A stretch of DNA of 63,169 nt, counting the filler, from Phoronis australis (lineage: Eukaryota; Animalia; Phoronida): NCBI GenBank assembly GCA_002633005.1. It is 7 parts of 7 records of this genome, joined end to end, with 100 filler letters (N's around TTAATTAATTAA, not from the genome) between each part and the next. Parts side by side here need not be neighbours in the genome. Positions count along the whole stretch, not along the records: positions 7,394 to 14,968 come from NMRA01001654.1; positions 15,069 to 21,644 come from NMRA01001774.1; positions 21,745 to 35,995 come from NMRA01001562.1; 4 more parts are not named here. One strand, 5' to 3'. Positions within the stretch are counted from its first letter, which is position 1. Every line of letters starts with the position of its first letter. Shown here piece by piece: positions 11,578-23,850 of the stretch. The position numbers were made by a program, and so were the translations under genes. The notes below the pieces were generated by a model. The model was not told the DNA's origin. It saw only the letters and a list, made by a program, of their open reading frames with translations, and did no database searches.

Positions 11578-12040
11578 TAGACAGTATCTGAAGTACCACC
11601 ATGTCAAACTGACCCAAGTAGAGATAATGGCCTTCCCATAGGCCCTCTATACACCGAAAATTTTTCGACCAGTTATGTCTCATGGCTGATTAAACCATCA
11701 AAATCATGTTGCTGTAAATACTTTTTGCACATAGAAGGACAACTTAGGAGGCCGTTAATGTCTAACTCTCGCAATCAAACTTTTTTTCAAGCAGTCGATC
11801 TTGGTTCAGTTGCACAATTGGCAACTGGCCATTTTTACACTGCTTGCGCCACGAGATATGAGTATTGATTTAAGTTGGAAAGAATTGCTAAGGTGTGCCT
11901 CTGTAGGCAAAAGGTACTTAGCAACAATATTGGTGTGATCAGTGTGAGGCATAATTTGCTGAAAAACCCTTCTTTGTATGGAGGGCCTATGGAATGGCCA
12001 TTGTCTCTACTGCTACCAGTTGAGATCGTGGTACTGTCTA
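11578..12040. mobile_element. Foldback MITE (TAGACAGT family)
   Basis: TAGACAGTA...TACTGTCTA termini; GCCATGCCC at 11569-11577 and 12043-12051 (two extra bases TA on the right). Confidence 0.8.
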
Positions 12041-12233
12041 TAGCCATGCCCCTGTTTATTGCAGAAGTAAAAATCTCTCCGGTAAACGCTCATTTTATCC
12101 TCACCTCACTCCCCAGTTTCCAGTGCCACTGAAGGCCATGGCAACCGTGAGAATCAGATGATGCGTCCTTTCTATGAAGGTCCCTTATGCCATTTTGAAT
12201 CTGTTCTATTATAAAAATAGTCGTTTGTTGCAG

Positions 12234-12484
12234 ACTGGGTGAAAGATGTCTGGGAGTCTGACTTCACTGAGCTACTGCCTGTATCAATGTCTGATGACCA
12301 CGAATGTCTTCGTAATGCTTCACTAAATACTGAGCTGTGCCACGTTCTGAAGGTGCTGGAAGGCTGGGCTAGCGAAGAGGGGAGAGCTAGTGAGGAAAGC
12401 TTTTGGACAGTTCTGGTTGAAAATGACTTGCCGCACAAGAACCTAATTGCGTATTTATGCTACATCTTGGACACTGGATCAAAG
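12234..12484 (+). CDS. NCAPD3: Condensin-2 complex subunit D3, coding exon 2
   Basis: WVKDVWESDFTE and ESFWTVLVENDLPHKNLIA match the vertebrate NCAPD3 N-terminus as I recall it (WVDTVWELDFTE, ESIWTFFIENNVSHSTLVA); ttgcag and gtac splice sites. Confidence 0.9.
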
Positions 12485-13451
12485 GTACTGTTATCTTGTT
12501 GTTTCCAAAACGGTTCCTTCCATCACAAGCGATGACTTCCGACGTAGACCATTTCTGTTACGAAACTAGTCTCGAGTTATTCCTCAGTCAAGTTACCTGT
12601 GATATGGACCATTTTAGCATGAAATAGTTTTCACTCAGCCTAATGAGGATTTATGGACTTGGAAAGAATTGATAATTTGTTACTGTTAGCGACTAGGCTC
12701 TACAAGTCTTGTCACGGCGGGTTATTTTTCACGCTGCCGCTGAGTTAATATCCGGTTCACATGCCAGTAATATAGCCAGCTGATCTGTTTCTTGAAAACA
12801 TGGCTCACATGAACAGTTTTTCCCTGTGTTTTAGTCTCCCCTTTTGTAGCTGTCAGAGCATTCCATGTCATGTAAGCCCTGGTTTTCCGTGATAACGGAA
12901 AAGTTACGGAATTCAAGGAATCAGAGATTTCCAATGGAATTTACAGTCATTTGCAGATTTCATGATTCTAACATTTTGGTTATTAATTAGCCATACTTGA
13001 GAACACAATACATTATTCTGACTACAAATTCACCTACAATCATTTTGCAGCAGACTTGCTCAAGTATTTGTTCATTGATAGTGGAGGTGGCGCTGCTCTT
13101 TTTCTGGTTTTGAGAAACAATAAGTACGGTGCGCAGGAAGTTACCAATAAAACAGAGTTGTGGCATAATTTTGTAGAAAAGTGAAGGAACCCCCAGATCA
13201 TTATTGTGTTATTTATTATGTTAATTATTATGTTAATTAGTAAAACAGATCTTGCTGCTAATTTACCAAGCGTAAAAAAATGTAATTTTGTATTTGGTAA
13301 AACATAATTTTGTATTTTTGAAAATGGAAAACCAGGGTCTCTTGGAACAGGTATATGAACTATTTTTTGTCCTGAAATGATCACTTCTTGTTGTATAATG
13401 AGCGCAAATAAATGAGATTACTTTGTGCAGATTTGTGTTTTCTCGCTTCAG

Positions 13452-13605
13452 ATCACAAGTAATGGGTTTGAGAAGGAAAGTGCCCTGCTTGCCGCCCATA
13501 TCTACGCGACTTTAATCCTGCTGCCGGGAAGTGGGGCTTTCAAAGTATTTCATCCGTTGCTATTCCAAAAGGCCACCGACACCCTGAAACTCACTGGGAT
13601 TTTCG
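13452..13605 (+). CDS. NCAPD3: Condensin-2 complex subunit D3, coding exon 3
   Basis: LLAAHIY..L..LPGSGAFKVFHPLLFQK matches NCAPD3 LHAAGLY..LL.VPGS.A..VFHP.MF.K; ttcag and gtcag sites, phases consistent. Confidence 0.9.
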
Positions 13606-14427
13606 GTCAGTCTTAACAGAGGCATGGAAGGTGTCAAAGTGTATTTTTAAAGCTGGAGTCTTTCGTCAAGCAAAATTTCATTTTTTTATCTCTATTTTTG
13701 TGAATAGCGAGTCCAGGAGACCAATTGAAATCCTTCCTCCATTTTGTGCAAACAGTTTGTCTAACTGAATAATTTGGCAGCGGGCCCTCTTGAAGATGGA
13801 ATTCATTTAACACACAATTGTTTTCGGTTGATGATTTCCGTATATACGTGCTCCAACTCTCTGCATGTTTGTCGATCATTCGCAGGACAACAGCATGTCT
13901 CTTGGCAATCATCTCTTTTGTTGTCGTGCAGATGGTCGACAAATATACTCAGAGTTTTAGCGAGTGTGTGTGAACATAGCCAACCGACAACGCTGTCGTG
14001 CGTTTAATGAATTCTGTCGCCAATTTTGTCTAAATGCGTAAATCTATTCATACCACTCAAAGGTCATTTCTTCAAAATTTTCTTCTGTCTTCAGACTGTC
14101 TCTGCATTAATACAGTACATACTAAACAAAGTAATCAGACAAAATACCACTCTTCTATTGTGGTTGCTCATTCTGTTAAGATCAAGTACCATATCCACCA
14201 TATTGACTTTCCTGTTCATTCTCCTTCACTCTCTGTCATCAGGGGAGACTACTCTGACGACGAATTCAGCTTCTCCCAGCCATCATGACAGGGAATTCTG
14301 GGTCATTTTGTCTGAATACTTTTGGCTTGTAATGTGCGTGTTTATGTATCTGTTGGTGGAGATGATTGAACAGCAAGCAGCAGGTGCACGGAAACTTTTG
14401 TCAATTAATTGTTTCTAATTCTTTCAG

Positions 14428-14513
14428 GTGCTTCAAAAAGGAAAAGAAAACCAACTACGCACAGCCAAGGCCCACGGAAGAAGAACCGTGGAAAGCAGGT
14501 GGATCTTAGTGAG
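14428..14513 (+). CDS. NCAPD3: Condensin-2 complex subunit D3, coding exon 4 (basic, NLS-like); gene truncated by the spacer
   Basis: ctttcag acceptor in phase 1; (G)ASKRKRKPTTHSQGPRKKNRGKQVDLSE; donor at 14514, alternative donor at 14499. Confidence 0.75.
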
Positions 14514-14644
14514 GTAGTTGTTGACTGGAACTAACGTTGAGACATTGACATTTGGAAACTGAGGATGAAACCTTAATGGATACTTCACTGTGGCTCTAAA
14601 GCCTGTATTGCATTTGGTTATGCTAACGAGTGTTCATGAGTAAC

Positions 14645-14780
14645 CAGGGCTTGGAATTTTCCGCGGAAACGCGGATTTCCGCTTTTTTCAAATGTTCTTT
14701 CCGCGTATTTTATTATAAAAGAATCGGATTTGATATAAAATTTCCGCGGCAAATGTCTTTCTTACCGCCGCGTTGCCGAC
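14645..14780 (+). mobile_element. hAT-like transposon end with subterminal CCGCGG repeats
   Basis: CAGGGCTTGGAATTTTCCGCGGAAACGCGGATTTCCGC start; other end not seen. Confidence 0.45.
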
Positions 14781-14968
14781 GACTTTCACATCGAAAAGCG
14801 GAAGTTGCTCTTCATGTTTCGGAGGAACGTAATTGTCAACATTGCCGGGGCATCTGGGATAGCATGGTGGATTTCCTCAATGGCGGCTAGTGTGATTGTA
14901 AACCGCGGTGACAAATACTACGACTCTGTAGCCAAAAAATGCTTCGAGGTGGGAGGGTGGGAGTGGCA

Positions 14969-15068
14969 NNNNNNNNNNNNNNNNNNNNNNNNNNNNNNNN
15001 NNNNNNNNNNNNTTAATTAATTAANNNNNNNNNNNNNNNNNNNNNNNNNNNNNNNNNNNNNNNNNNNN
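14969..15068. other. Artificial assembly spacer
   Basis: 44N-TTAATTAATTAA-44N. Confidence 0.98.
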
Positions 15069-15861
15069 ACAGAGGTCAATGTAAAATACTAAAATTGCCA
15101 CTAGAGGCATACCGGTAGTCAGAATCATCCTAAAGTCGTCATCGTTCATTGTCAACATCACATAAATACACTTGCTAAATTTAGTAAAGATCCTGCAAAC
15201 AGCCATGGGCGCAAAAAAAACTACCACTAGGAGGCGCCACAGTAATCAAAGTCATGGGAAATTCAGCGTCAACCGTCCTCTTCATAGTAAGAACATACAT
15301 GCCAATTTTCACAATCATACTTATAGTGGTTTGGTTGATAGAGGGGTGGACGCCAAAAAACAGACTAAAAAACAGTAAAAATGGCCACTGGGTGTCGCAA
15401 ACTAGGTCGAATCCATCCGAAAACGGGAGGATAGCGTCATCGCACTAATAGGTGCCTACATACCAATTTCATGAAAATCCGTTAAGGACTTGTGAAGATA
15501 GAGAGGTAAACGTAAAAAAATAAAATCGCCACAAGGGGGCACACTGGTAGGCGGATCCATCCAAAAGTCATCATCTTCCGTTTTTAACATCATATAAATA
15601 CACTTACACAATTTCGTGAAGATCCTGAGAACGGTTTAGGAGATACAGCCATATGCGCAAAAAAACAAAACTGCCACTAGGAGGCGCCACAGTAGTCGAA
15701 ATCGTCGGAAAATCATCGTCAACCGTCCTCTACATAGTAAGCATATACATGCCAATTTTCACAATCATCCTTTGAGCGGTTTGGTTGATAGAGGGGTGGA
15801 CGCACAAAAACAGACTCGAAAACACTAAAAATGGCCACTAGGTGGCGCAAACTATGTCGAA
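15069..15861 (+). repeat. Internal satellite array of the HINE-like element with 450-bp three-subunit period
   Basis: CCACTAG-like anchors at 15098, 15224, 15385, 15529, 15674 and 15835; close similarity to 316-900. Confidence 0.85.
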
Positions 15862-16939
15862 NGCAAAAAAATGAATAATTAGCAACTTTTTTACATTGAG
15901 AGGAAATTCAATGCCTAATCAGTCAGGTGGAAGAGGCAATGTTTGTGAATCATGATTGCATGGGTAAAGCTTTTAGCTCAAACAACAGATAAATAATTTG
16001 AAACATGGAACTATAATCACTTAAATGGAGAATTCAACACTGGAAAGAAGAATAGTTCTTAGTGGGAAACCGAGCCTAAAATAACCAGTACTATGTAATC
16101 ACCACAGCAGAATATAAAGTCCTCATGAAGCAGAATGGAATACATACCTTCTTGGTACCACCTACGGGTGTACTGTGGCGAACGGATCGGGAGTTGGAAA
16201 ACGAAGCTAAAAGAAAACACATTGTTGCTAACATTATGGAAAAAAACAAAATAAAACAGAAAGCAGAAAGGAGACATACCTGCCACCTAATATCAAAATA
16301 CTTAGGACTACTATATAATCTGCCATTAACAATATATGCGAATACTTAGGCCCATGCAACTAACAGAATTGATGCATTTTGTTCAAACAAAAGTTTACTC
16401 AAATGTTTCACTCATAAACATTATGTAGTTGTCTTAAGCTGGGAGTTATCCATCCATTATCTTGCCCAGTCTTTAATACTTTTCATTTCAAGTTAGTAAA
16501 GAGAAATAAAACAAGTGTCAATACCTATCATTTTGTGTTGATAAGTCATATTCAATTCACAAAATTTGCACCTAGCTTTTACTCAAGTATTTCCAATAGG
16601 TACATGTGCCTAATTATGCCTTAAGGCACAACTTCGCATAGCTAATTAGAGCCTAAATCATGCAAGTCATCTCTTCAAGAGAAGTTGTTTGAATGAGAGA
16701 CTGCCACCCAACTACACATTATAATAACCACAAATTCCGGCTCTTGGAGACTGCAGTATTAAAATTTATACTGTGATATTTTTAAGTTGAAGTTTAACTA
16801 AACATGCAATTGGATGCTGGTTCATACAACTTATGTTCACACCATGCTTTTATTTTATATTCAAATTACAGTACCGGTGAAATGTCCAAAACAAAAAAGT
16901 TGTCATTTTTTATCAAGAAGTAATATATAAATATATATA

Positions 16940-17114
16940 CAGTTGAACCTCATTATAATGCAACATGCTTACAATGTTAACAATTTAACATATAAACTTC
17001 TATGTCCTGATTTTACCAATATATGACATAAATCTGTCCTGGTTAGTACAAACTATCATTACAACACACAAATTTCAAAGTTCCCTTGACGAATGATGGT
17101 ACGAAGTTCTACTG
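16940..17114. mobile_element. Degenerate Tigger/pogo-like MITE
   Basis: TA-CAGTTGAACCTC start and GAAGTTCTACTG end; right TA not conserved. Confidence 0.4.
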
Positions 17115-18307
17115 ATACTTACAATCATTAAATGATACACCTTTTCCTGTGGAAGCCATCTGAAAAAGAACAAGATTCACATCTTTTAATAATTAAAGCC
17201 ATTCCATTTACATTCCATCAATTACTGAAAACCCTGAGTGCAATGTTAATTTGTTTCTTGAAGACCACACAGAAGTATTTACATGCGTGCTTAACCAGAG
17301 CTGAACGTGAAAGACTTAGGGTGCGTTTCATGAAATTACGTTATCCGAAACAGTTGCGAGGACTATGTTACACTACGTCTTCAATACTTTTCATATTTAA
17401 ATCGAAATCTGCCAGTAAATTGTTTAGACCAGAAAGTTTTGTCATAAGCGCATCCCACAATAAGGAATACAAAATGTACAACTACATGTAAGGCATCATA
17501 GGGTTTTTTGCATATATAGCAACGACCACAGCCAACTAATGGCCAGTGCTGCCATCTGATTGGATTGATAGGCACTTCTAGTTCATAGCAGGTGGCATAG
17601 AAAGTATTTAGTCAATTGTTGGGAAGGCCGATGTGTTCCTCGCACTGTAACTGCATAAACCTTGGGACTACTTAATCCATATGCAAGTGACGACAAAGTC
17701 CTACAAACAGCCAGTGATATTTTAGTACCAAGTAAACGAGGATCGCAAATCCATCAGACACCAATATCCCTCAATGAAAATTCTGCACAAGTTGTGCACA
17801 CAAGATTATTTTCTGACAGAAGTATGGAAATCAAAATTGGACAATATACACTACTGTAAGGCATTTCACTACATTCCAAAATGTACGCATGAACCTTCTC
17901 AATTCTCACACAAAATGAAAATTGTTTATTGCTGCGCTATTTTAACAACCTGACTTGAATATTGCATACAAGTACTAGTAGCACACGCCTTGATCTTAAT
18001 GTTAGAGTGTCTGCCCCTCTATAGTTAGGGCTAGCCCCCTCTTGATTTAGGGTTAGGGCAACCCTCCCCTTGATCTAAGACTAGAGTTAGGGGTACTTCC
18101 CCCTGCTCTGACAGTAGTGAACTCCTCCAAGCTGGTATTACAGGGCAAGGGTACTTACTGCGCTCTGCTTCGCCAGGGGATTCTTCATGTCCGCACATAC
18201 GAATGAAGTACCAACTCACGCTTTCAAGTTCAACACTACTAACTAGCCTCCTAATGAAAACTGGGATAGGGCTACCTCTTGATCTGCGGGTTAAGGTCAC
18301 CCTCCCC

Positions 18308-18678
18308 TAGACAGTGACCACAGTCTCTACTGGCTATGCAGTAGAAACTGTGAAGCTCCTATAGGCGCTTCATATGCCGGAAGATTTTTAGTGAATTATG
18401 CCTCGCACTGACTAAAACACCAATGCTACGTTGTTATGAATACACTTGCACATAGAGAGATACCTTAAGAGGCTGTCAATCTATTTAATTCCTTCCAACT
18501 CGAACAAATACTCCCATTATCAAACTTTTTCTTCAAGCAGTCCCTCGTTCAGTTCCCAAAATTGGTAACTCGCCATTTTTAACACCGCGCGCCAAGGTAT
18601 ATGAGGTCATACCACCTGGCGCGCCCAGTGTAGGAGCTCCACCATCCTACACGCCAGTAGCACAGTGGTCACTGTCTA
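18308..18678. mobile_element. MITE (TAGACAGT family) with 9-bp TSD
   Basis: Perfect 14-bp TIR TAGACAGTGACCAC; exact TSD ACCCTCCCC (18299-18307 and 18679-18687). Confidence 0.9.
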
Positions 18679-18770
18679 ACCCTCCCCTTGATACTAAGTT
18701 AACTAGTCTAAGCTGCTACGGCTTTCCTCCTCCTGATGGGGGTAGGTATTCCTGTATCCTCCCCACCTTG

Positions 18771-21324
18771 CAGGGCTCGACGCTATTAAAATCACCAGGT
18801 CGCATTTTGCGACCTAACCAAAATCCCAGGTCGCATTTTCAAAATCCAGCTCGCATTAGTAAATGCCAGGTCGCAAAATTTTCCCGCCATTTTTACGCGC
18901 CAAAATAGATTTTTTAGATCATCGAGAAAATGTTTAGATTATGCTCTCACCTGCAGCGTTAAATACTCACAAATTTCAGATCTCAAAATTGACTTCATGC
19001 AGGTACGGCCTTACTGTTCTTCACGACCGCCATTGAAAGACTCAAGAGGGCAAGGCAAGTTGCCGACGTGAAAGTTGAATCAGTGCTCTCTAACTGACTT
19101 GTGCATTCGAGTAGCTACATTAGTGCTCTCTAACTGACTTGTGCATTCGAGTAGCTAAATTTGCAATGTGAAAAGGGAGAAAATGTCCGTTGAAAAAGTA
19201 TCCGGGATTTTGTTCGATCTGATCTGCTACTGGCCATCATCAAAGTCGTTAACGATTCAAACTAACTCGGGTAATCGCGAGTTTGCTCTTCAATACCTTC
19301 CAAGTACGGGAAAAATAGGTCAGTCGCAAAACGACACGCACGTCACTAGTGTTAACTTTCTTTCCGAGGTACAAAACAAAGCTGGGATTTGGTTTTTACA
19401 TATTGTGAAATGACGTTTTTGAAAACTGAAGTTGTGTAAAATGAAACTGACACACACCATATAATCTGCGTGTCAATTTTAAACCACACGCGGTCGTTTG
19501 TAGTGCGCAATGATGGGCGCTAACTTGAACTGTGGGTGCTTAATTGGAAATTCTCAAAATTTAAGGGGGGACTTTTAATAGATCAGTGAGTGCTTATTAT
19601 GAAACACTTTAAAGGTAGGGAGTAGGCTTGTGCGTGAGTATAGTCGTTAACCTAAGTGTTTGCGGTAAGAAGATATTAAAACGCTGCAATGGTAAAAAAC
19701 GTTATAATAATACGATTTTGCGAGGCAAACTCCATCTGGTAGGGGTANAATCAGTGAGAGCTTATTATGAAACACTTTAAAGGTAGGGAGTAGGCTTGTG
19801 CGTGAGCATAGCCGTTAACCTCAGTGTTTGCGGTAATAAGATATTAAAACGCTGCAATGGTAACAAACGTTATAACAATAGGATTTTGAGAGGCAAACTC
19901 CATCTAGTAGGGGTGATTTTCTGGATATCGTTACCACCAACTGTACATTGTATCCTTTTTAGCCACCCGGAATGATTTTGTTTTTAACTGCCCACTTCAG
20001 CCGGAACAAGGTTGTTTCTTTAGGAGTCTGAACATTTTACGGCGACGCGGGTGGTTCGGAGAGCGAAAAGTTGCTGGGGAGGGGGGTGTATAAAAAAGAA
20101 TGAAAAGTTCGCTAATTTGAACCACAATTTCGCATCTAGTGCCAGTTTAGCTGGCTACGGGCATAGAATACAGGGTTTACAGACACATCGACTTCGGGAA
20201 ACGTCAGTTCCCGGGACATCGGGTCTTTTACAACCGCTGGGAATCTGAGTTCATTTTTAAATAAATCAGAGCCAAGCCGGTTATACTAGCTCTTTCATTT
20301 AGGACTGTCGCTGTTCTTTGAAGTGGTGCGCACGCGTGAGTTCACCTACTTGAATCGTTGGAGTAGGCCTACAGTTTACGTTGGCAACCGAACGTGTGAA
20401 AGCCGGACAAATCATATTTCTCGCCCGTAGCCCCAGAGAAACAAGTAAAGGGTTTGAGAATTTCTTGGCAACTGAAAGTAAAGACGTGACCGTCGTTTGG
20501 CAATTAATAAGGCTGTCATTTTCACTTTGGCTGTCTTAATACGATAAAAAGTTAAGGAGAAGCACATCTCAGTCTAAGTCACGATTGTCTGCTGGGACCA
20601 CTTGCGCACTAACGGTGCCGCAGTGCGACATCAGGGATATTGTCGTGGATATTTGGTACATGTAATAAGGACATCTTATGTGAAAAGGTTGTCATTTTCA
20701 CTTTGGCTGTCTTAATACGATAAAAAGCAGAAGCACATCTCAGTCTAAGTCACGATTGTGTTCCGGGACCGCTTGCGCGCTAACGGTGCCGCAGTGCGGT
20801 ATCAGGGATAATGTCGTGGATATTTGGTACATATAATAAGGACATCTTATGTGAAAAATAAACATTTTTGTCCACCACAAAGTTTGGTACGTTAATCGCT
20901 TAAGAATTAGTAGAAACACTGTTGTTTTGTGAAGTTTTATCACGTGTTAAGCAGTGGCCCGAAACTTTCTTCGGCGAATCCGGGAATTTACATAAGTGGC
21001 CGAAAGAGTTAGCCAATGATACGCGTCGAAGATCGATACTGCATATCCCATGTTCACACGACTTGCTTACAAGTCATCGGGAGGGCTGTCCCCCTTAGTG
21101 TTGTTTTGAACTTGGATTTGGCAGCGACCAAATAACGGTCCGATAAACAAGAGCTGCTTTGTATTTGCCAGGTATCTGTTGAGAAGTGTAAAAACTCAGC
21201 TCGCATTCGTTGGAAATTCCAGGTCGCATTTTGCGACTTGATACGAGCTGACAAAAATCTCAGCTCGCATTTCCAAATTTCAGGTCGCAAATATGCGACC
21301 TGCAGCTCGTTATGTGGAGCCCTG
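18771..21324. mobile_element. Probable non-autonomous hAT-like element (~2.55 kb) with GGTCGCA subterminal repeats
   Basis: CAGGGCTC...GAGCCCTG termini and repeated AGGTCGCA/AGCTCGCA motifs at both ends; right end recurs inverted at 50926-51060; no clean TSD. Confidence 0.55.
20511..20857. repeat. Two-copy tandem duplication of about 176 bp
   Basis: TGTCATTTTCACTTTGGCTGTC...CTTATGTGAAAA repeated with several substitutions and a small indel. Confidence 0.9.
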
Positions 21325-21330
21325 CCATTA

Positions 21331-21644
21331 CTTTCCATCCTTAACAATCTGTGGTATATAGCACAATATCAAGTACTCTCCATCCTCATCAGTGGTATAT
21401 AGCACAATATCAAGTACCCTCCATCCTCAACAGTGGTATATAGCACAATATCAACTACTCTCCATTATCAACAGTGGTATATATCACAATATCAAGTACT
21501 CTCCATCCTCAACAGTGGTATCTAGCACAATATCAAGTACGCTCCATCCTCAACAGTGGTACATAGCACAACATCAAGTACTCTCCATCCTTAACAGTGG
21601 TATATAGCACAATATCAAGTACTCTCCATCCTTAACAGTGGTAT
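21331..21644. repeat. 41-bp minisatellite, at least 7 copies, running into the spacer
   Basis: Unit CTCTCCATCCTCAACAGTGGTATATAGCACAATATCAAGTA head to tail without spacers. Confidence 0.95.
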
Positions 21645-21744
21645 NNNNNNNNNNNNNNNNNNNNNNNNNNNNNNNNNNNNNNNNNNNNTTAATTAATTAA
21701 NNNNNNNNNNNNNNNNNNNNNNNNNNNNNNNNNNNNNNNNNNNN
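21645..21744. other. Artificial assembly spacer
   Basis: 44N-TTAATTAATTAA-44N. Confidence 0.98.
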
Positions 21745-22082
21745 AGGCAAGGAGGCTGTCAATGTCTTTAATTCCTTTCAACTCGAACAAATACTTCTAT
21801 AATCAAACTTATGATTTGACGTCATATCTCCTGACGCGAAGTGTTAAAATGGCCAGTTGCTGATTTGGGCAACTGATCGAATTACTGCTCGAAAAAAGTT
21901 TGATTACGGAAGAATTCGTTTGAGTTCGACGGCCTCCTAAGTTATCCCTCTATGAGCAAAAGGTGCCTATAGCAATGTGACTGATAGTTAATCAGTGTGA
22001 AGCATAATTTGCCGAAAAGCTTCCGGCGTGTGAAGGCCCTATGGGAGCATTACTGTCACAGTAGAGACAGTGGCACTGTGTA
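21745..22082. mobile_element. Partial foldback MITE (TAGACAGT family)
   Basis: Homologous to 18460-18530 and to the right arm of the 8183 and 11578 copies; ends CAGTGGCACTGTGTA. Confidence 0.75.
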
Positions 22083-22583
22083 ATTGGTAATAGTCTGATA
22101 TAACGTGCCTGAATTTTGAGAACCAGTTTTATTCACTTAATAACGGGCATCAAACTGGTTCTCGTTATATACTTAAGTAAAGAAAAAGTTATGCAACTAC
22201 TATCCAATATGGTCAGCTGCTAGGCTCTTCCAGAACAACTCAAAGCATGTCAATTTCAGAGTAATTTGCGTCACACATTTTGTCATGCTTTTAAATGCTG
22301 CTGTGATTTCATGATGGTGGCTCCCTAATTGCAAATGATTAGAAACCATTTACTCATACCGAATAATGCCTGTTATTCTGAACTTTTGTTTTGTTGAATT
22401 GGAGAGTCTTGTGTCGAATTACTTTTTTTAATATTTCAATTTGTCCTTGCTCTAAAACATGACTTTGAATACAAAAATGGGATGACAGTTTCGTCTGCCA
22501 CATGTAATTTGGTTGAGTAAAAAAGTAATTCATGTGCATTTCCTGTGTATTATTTGGATACGAGAATAGGTGAGTGTGGTCTG

Positions 22584-22806
22584 GGCCCGGTCTCCAATCT
22601 TTTTACTCGAAATGGAACTCGAAATTAGGTTCGGAATTTTCTACTCCACATTTGGGCGAACTCAAGATAAGTGTCTATTATTCTATGCTCGAGTACACAA
22701 TAACTTACGTAGATAATTTATTGCCCCTAGNTCGCACAAAAGGAGCAGAGAAATTGCCAAAAATAGTTTCGAGTTCGTTTCGAGTACAAAGATTGGAGAC
22801 CGGGCC
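22584..22806. mobile_element. PIF/Harbinger-like MITE
   Basis: About 40-bp TIR GGCCCGGTCTCCAATCTTT...; 3-bp CTG on both flanks. Confidence 0.8.
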
Positions 22807-23778
22807 CTGGAGTTCAAACCTAAAGGTTGCAATTATACCATTCCTATGGTATTCAGGATTGTCTTAAACTCATTTTTCTTTCTCAGAACCACCTGTGCCC
22901 ATTTTATGATGCTGGCGTTGGTAAAAATTCGGTACTCAGCAAGGTTGGCCACTTTTTTGCGAGGTCTGCCCCAGGATCAGTATTTATACTCTACTGTTAA
23001 TTAACCCTTGACACGTAGACTATTTGTTACAAGTCTTAAATTATTTCAGTTAAAGTCTTAATATCATTACAATCGCAGGTGTATTACCATCACCTGGCAT
23101 GAGTTCACCAGTAAAGCAGAGTTCCATGGGATAAATGCTAATTTCATGAATAATCTGAAAGTTTCTGTGTCAAATAACCCTGCAGCTTTCACATGCTGTT
23201 GGCATCAATATATTATGAATGAAGTGCTCTTTTTGCAGTGTCATTGTTCACCAGAGGGAAAGGTGCCTGTGTCTTGTGGGAGGGTAATATTTTGGGGTGA
23301 GGGGAAAATTCTACCACCTGATCTTCACCATCAACAGCACCCCCACACTGTTGCAAGCCCTCATAGGCTCTGCCTCAAGTAGCCAAAACTAACATTTTGG
23401 GCTCGTTCAAGTTGTCACCTTTGTGAGTCATAAGTGATTCGAACAGCAAAGGGAATGTTACAGTCACTTAAGGGCAATTTTGAGCATGATGAGGGTTTTT
23501 CGATATTTTTTGGAAGGGAATGGGTCCAATATTTGGCCCCAAAATTGAGGGATTGAGGGTCCTGTTTTGCCATTCACACCATAGAGCACAATAAGATAAT
23601 AATGTTTTTTACTCTACCTAGATGTCCAAAACACCAGTGCGCACCTGATAAGCATGTCCATCTTGAAAGGGTGGACTCAAGTATAAGCTATCACCGTTGT
23701 GTGAGCATTTAGAGTATGAATTCTTGCAGGTAAAGTCTGTCGCCAAGTCTGTTATATAAAAACTGTTTTTCATTACAG

Positions 23779-23850
23779 AAACTATACATGGATATCAAGG
23801 ACAACTATGCAAAACCTGAAGCGGCTGGCGACGATGACGATGACGACTAA
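23779..23850 (+). CDS. Probable terminal coding exon of an unidentified gene (KLYMDIKDNYAKPEAAGDDDDDD*)
   Basis: tttttcattacag acceptor, open frame with mixed GAC/GAT Asp run, TAA, then UTR-like sequence with AATAAA at 24055 and 24225. Frame assumed. Confidence 0.55.
   Translation, partial: KLYMDIKDNYAKPEAAGDDDDDD

Noticed and set aside
13634-14418. Overlapping ORFs in NCAPD3 intron 3
   Set aside because: No motif I can support; possibly a decayed repeat.
16148-17430. Minus-strand exons at about 16148-16206 and 17296-17410
   Set aside because: Splice-like sites exist but no consistent reading frame or recognisable protein.
21331-21644. 41-bp repeat array as a CRISPR
   Set aside because: Units are head to tail with no unique spacers, no cas genes, eukaryotic context.
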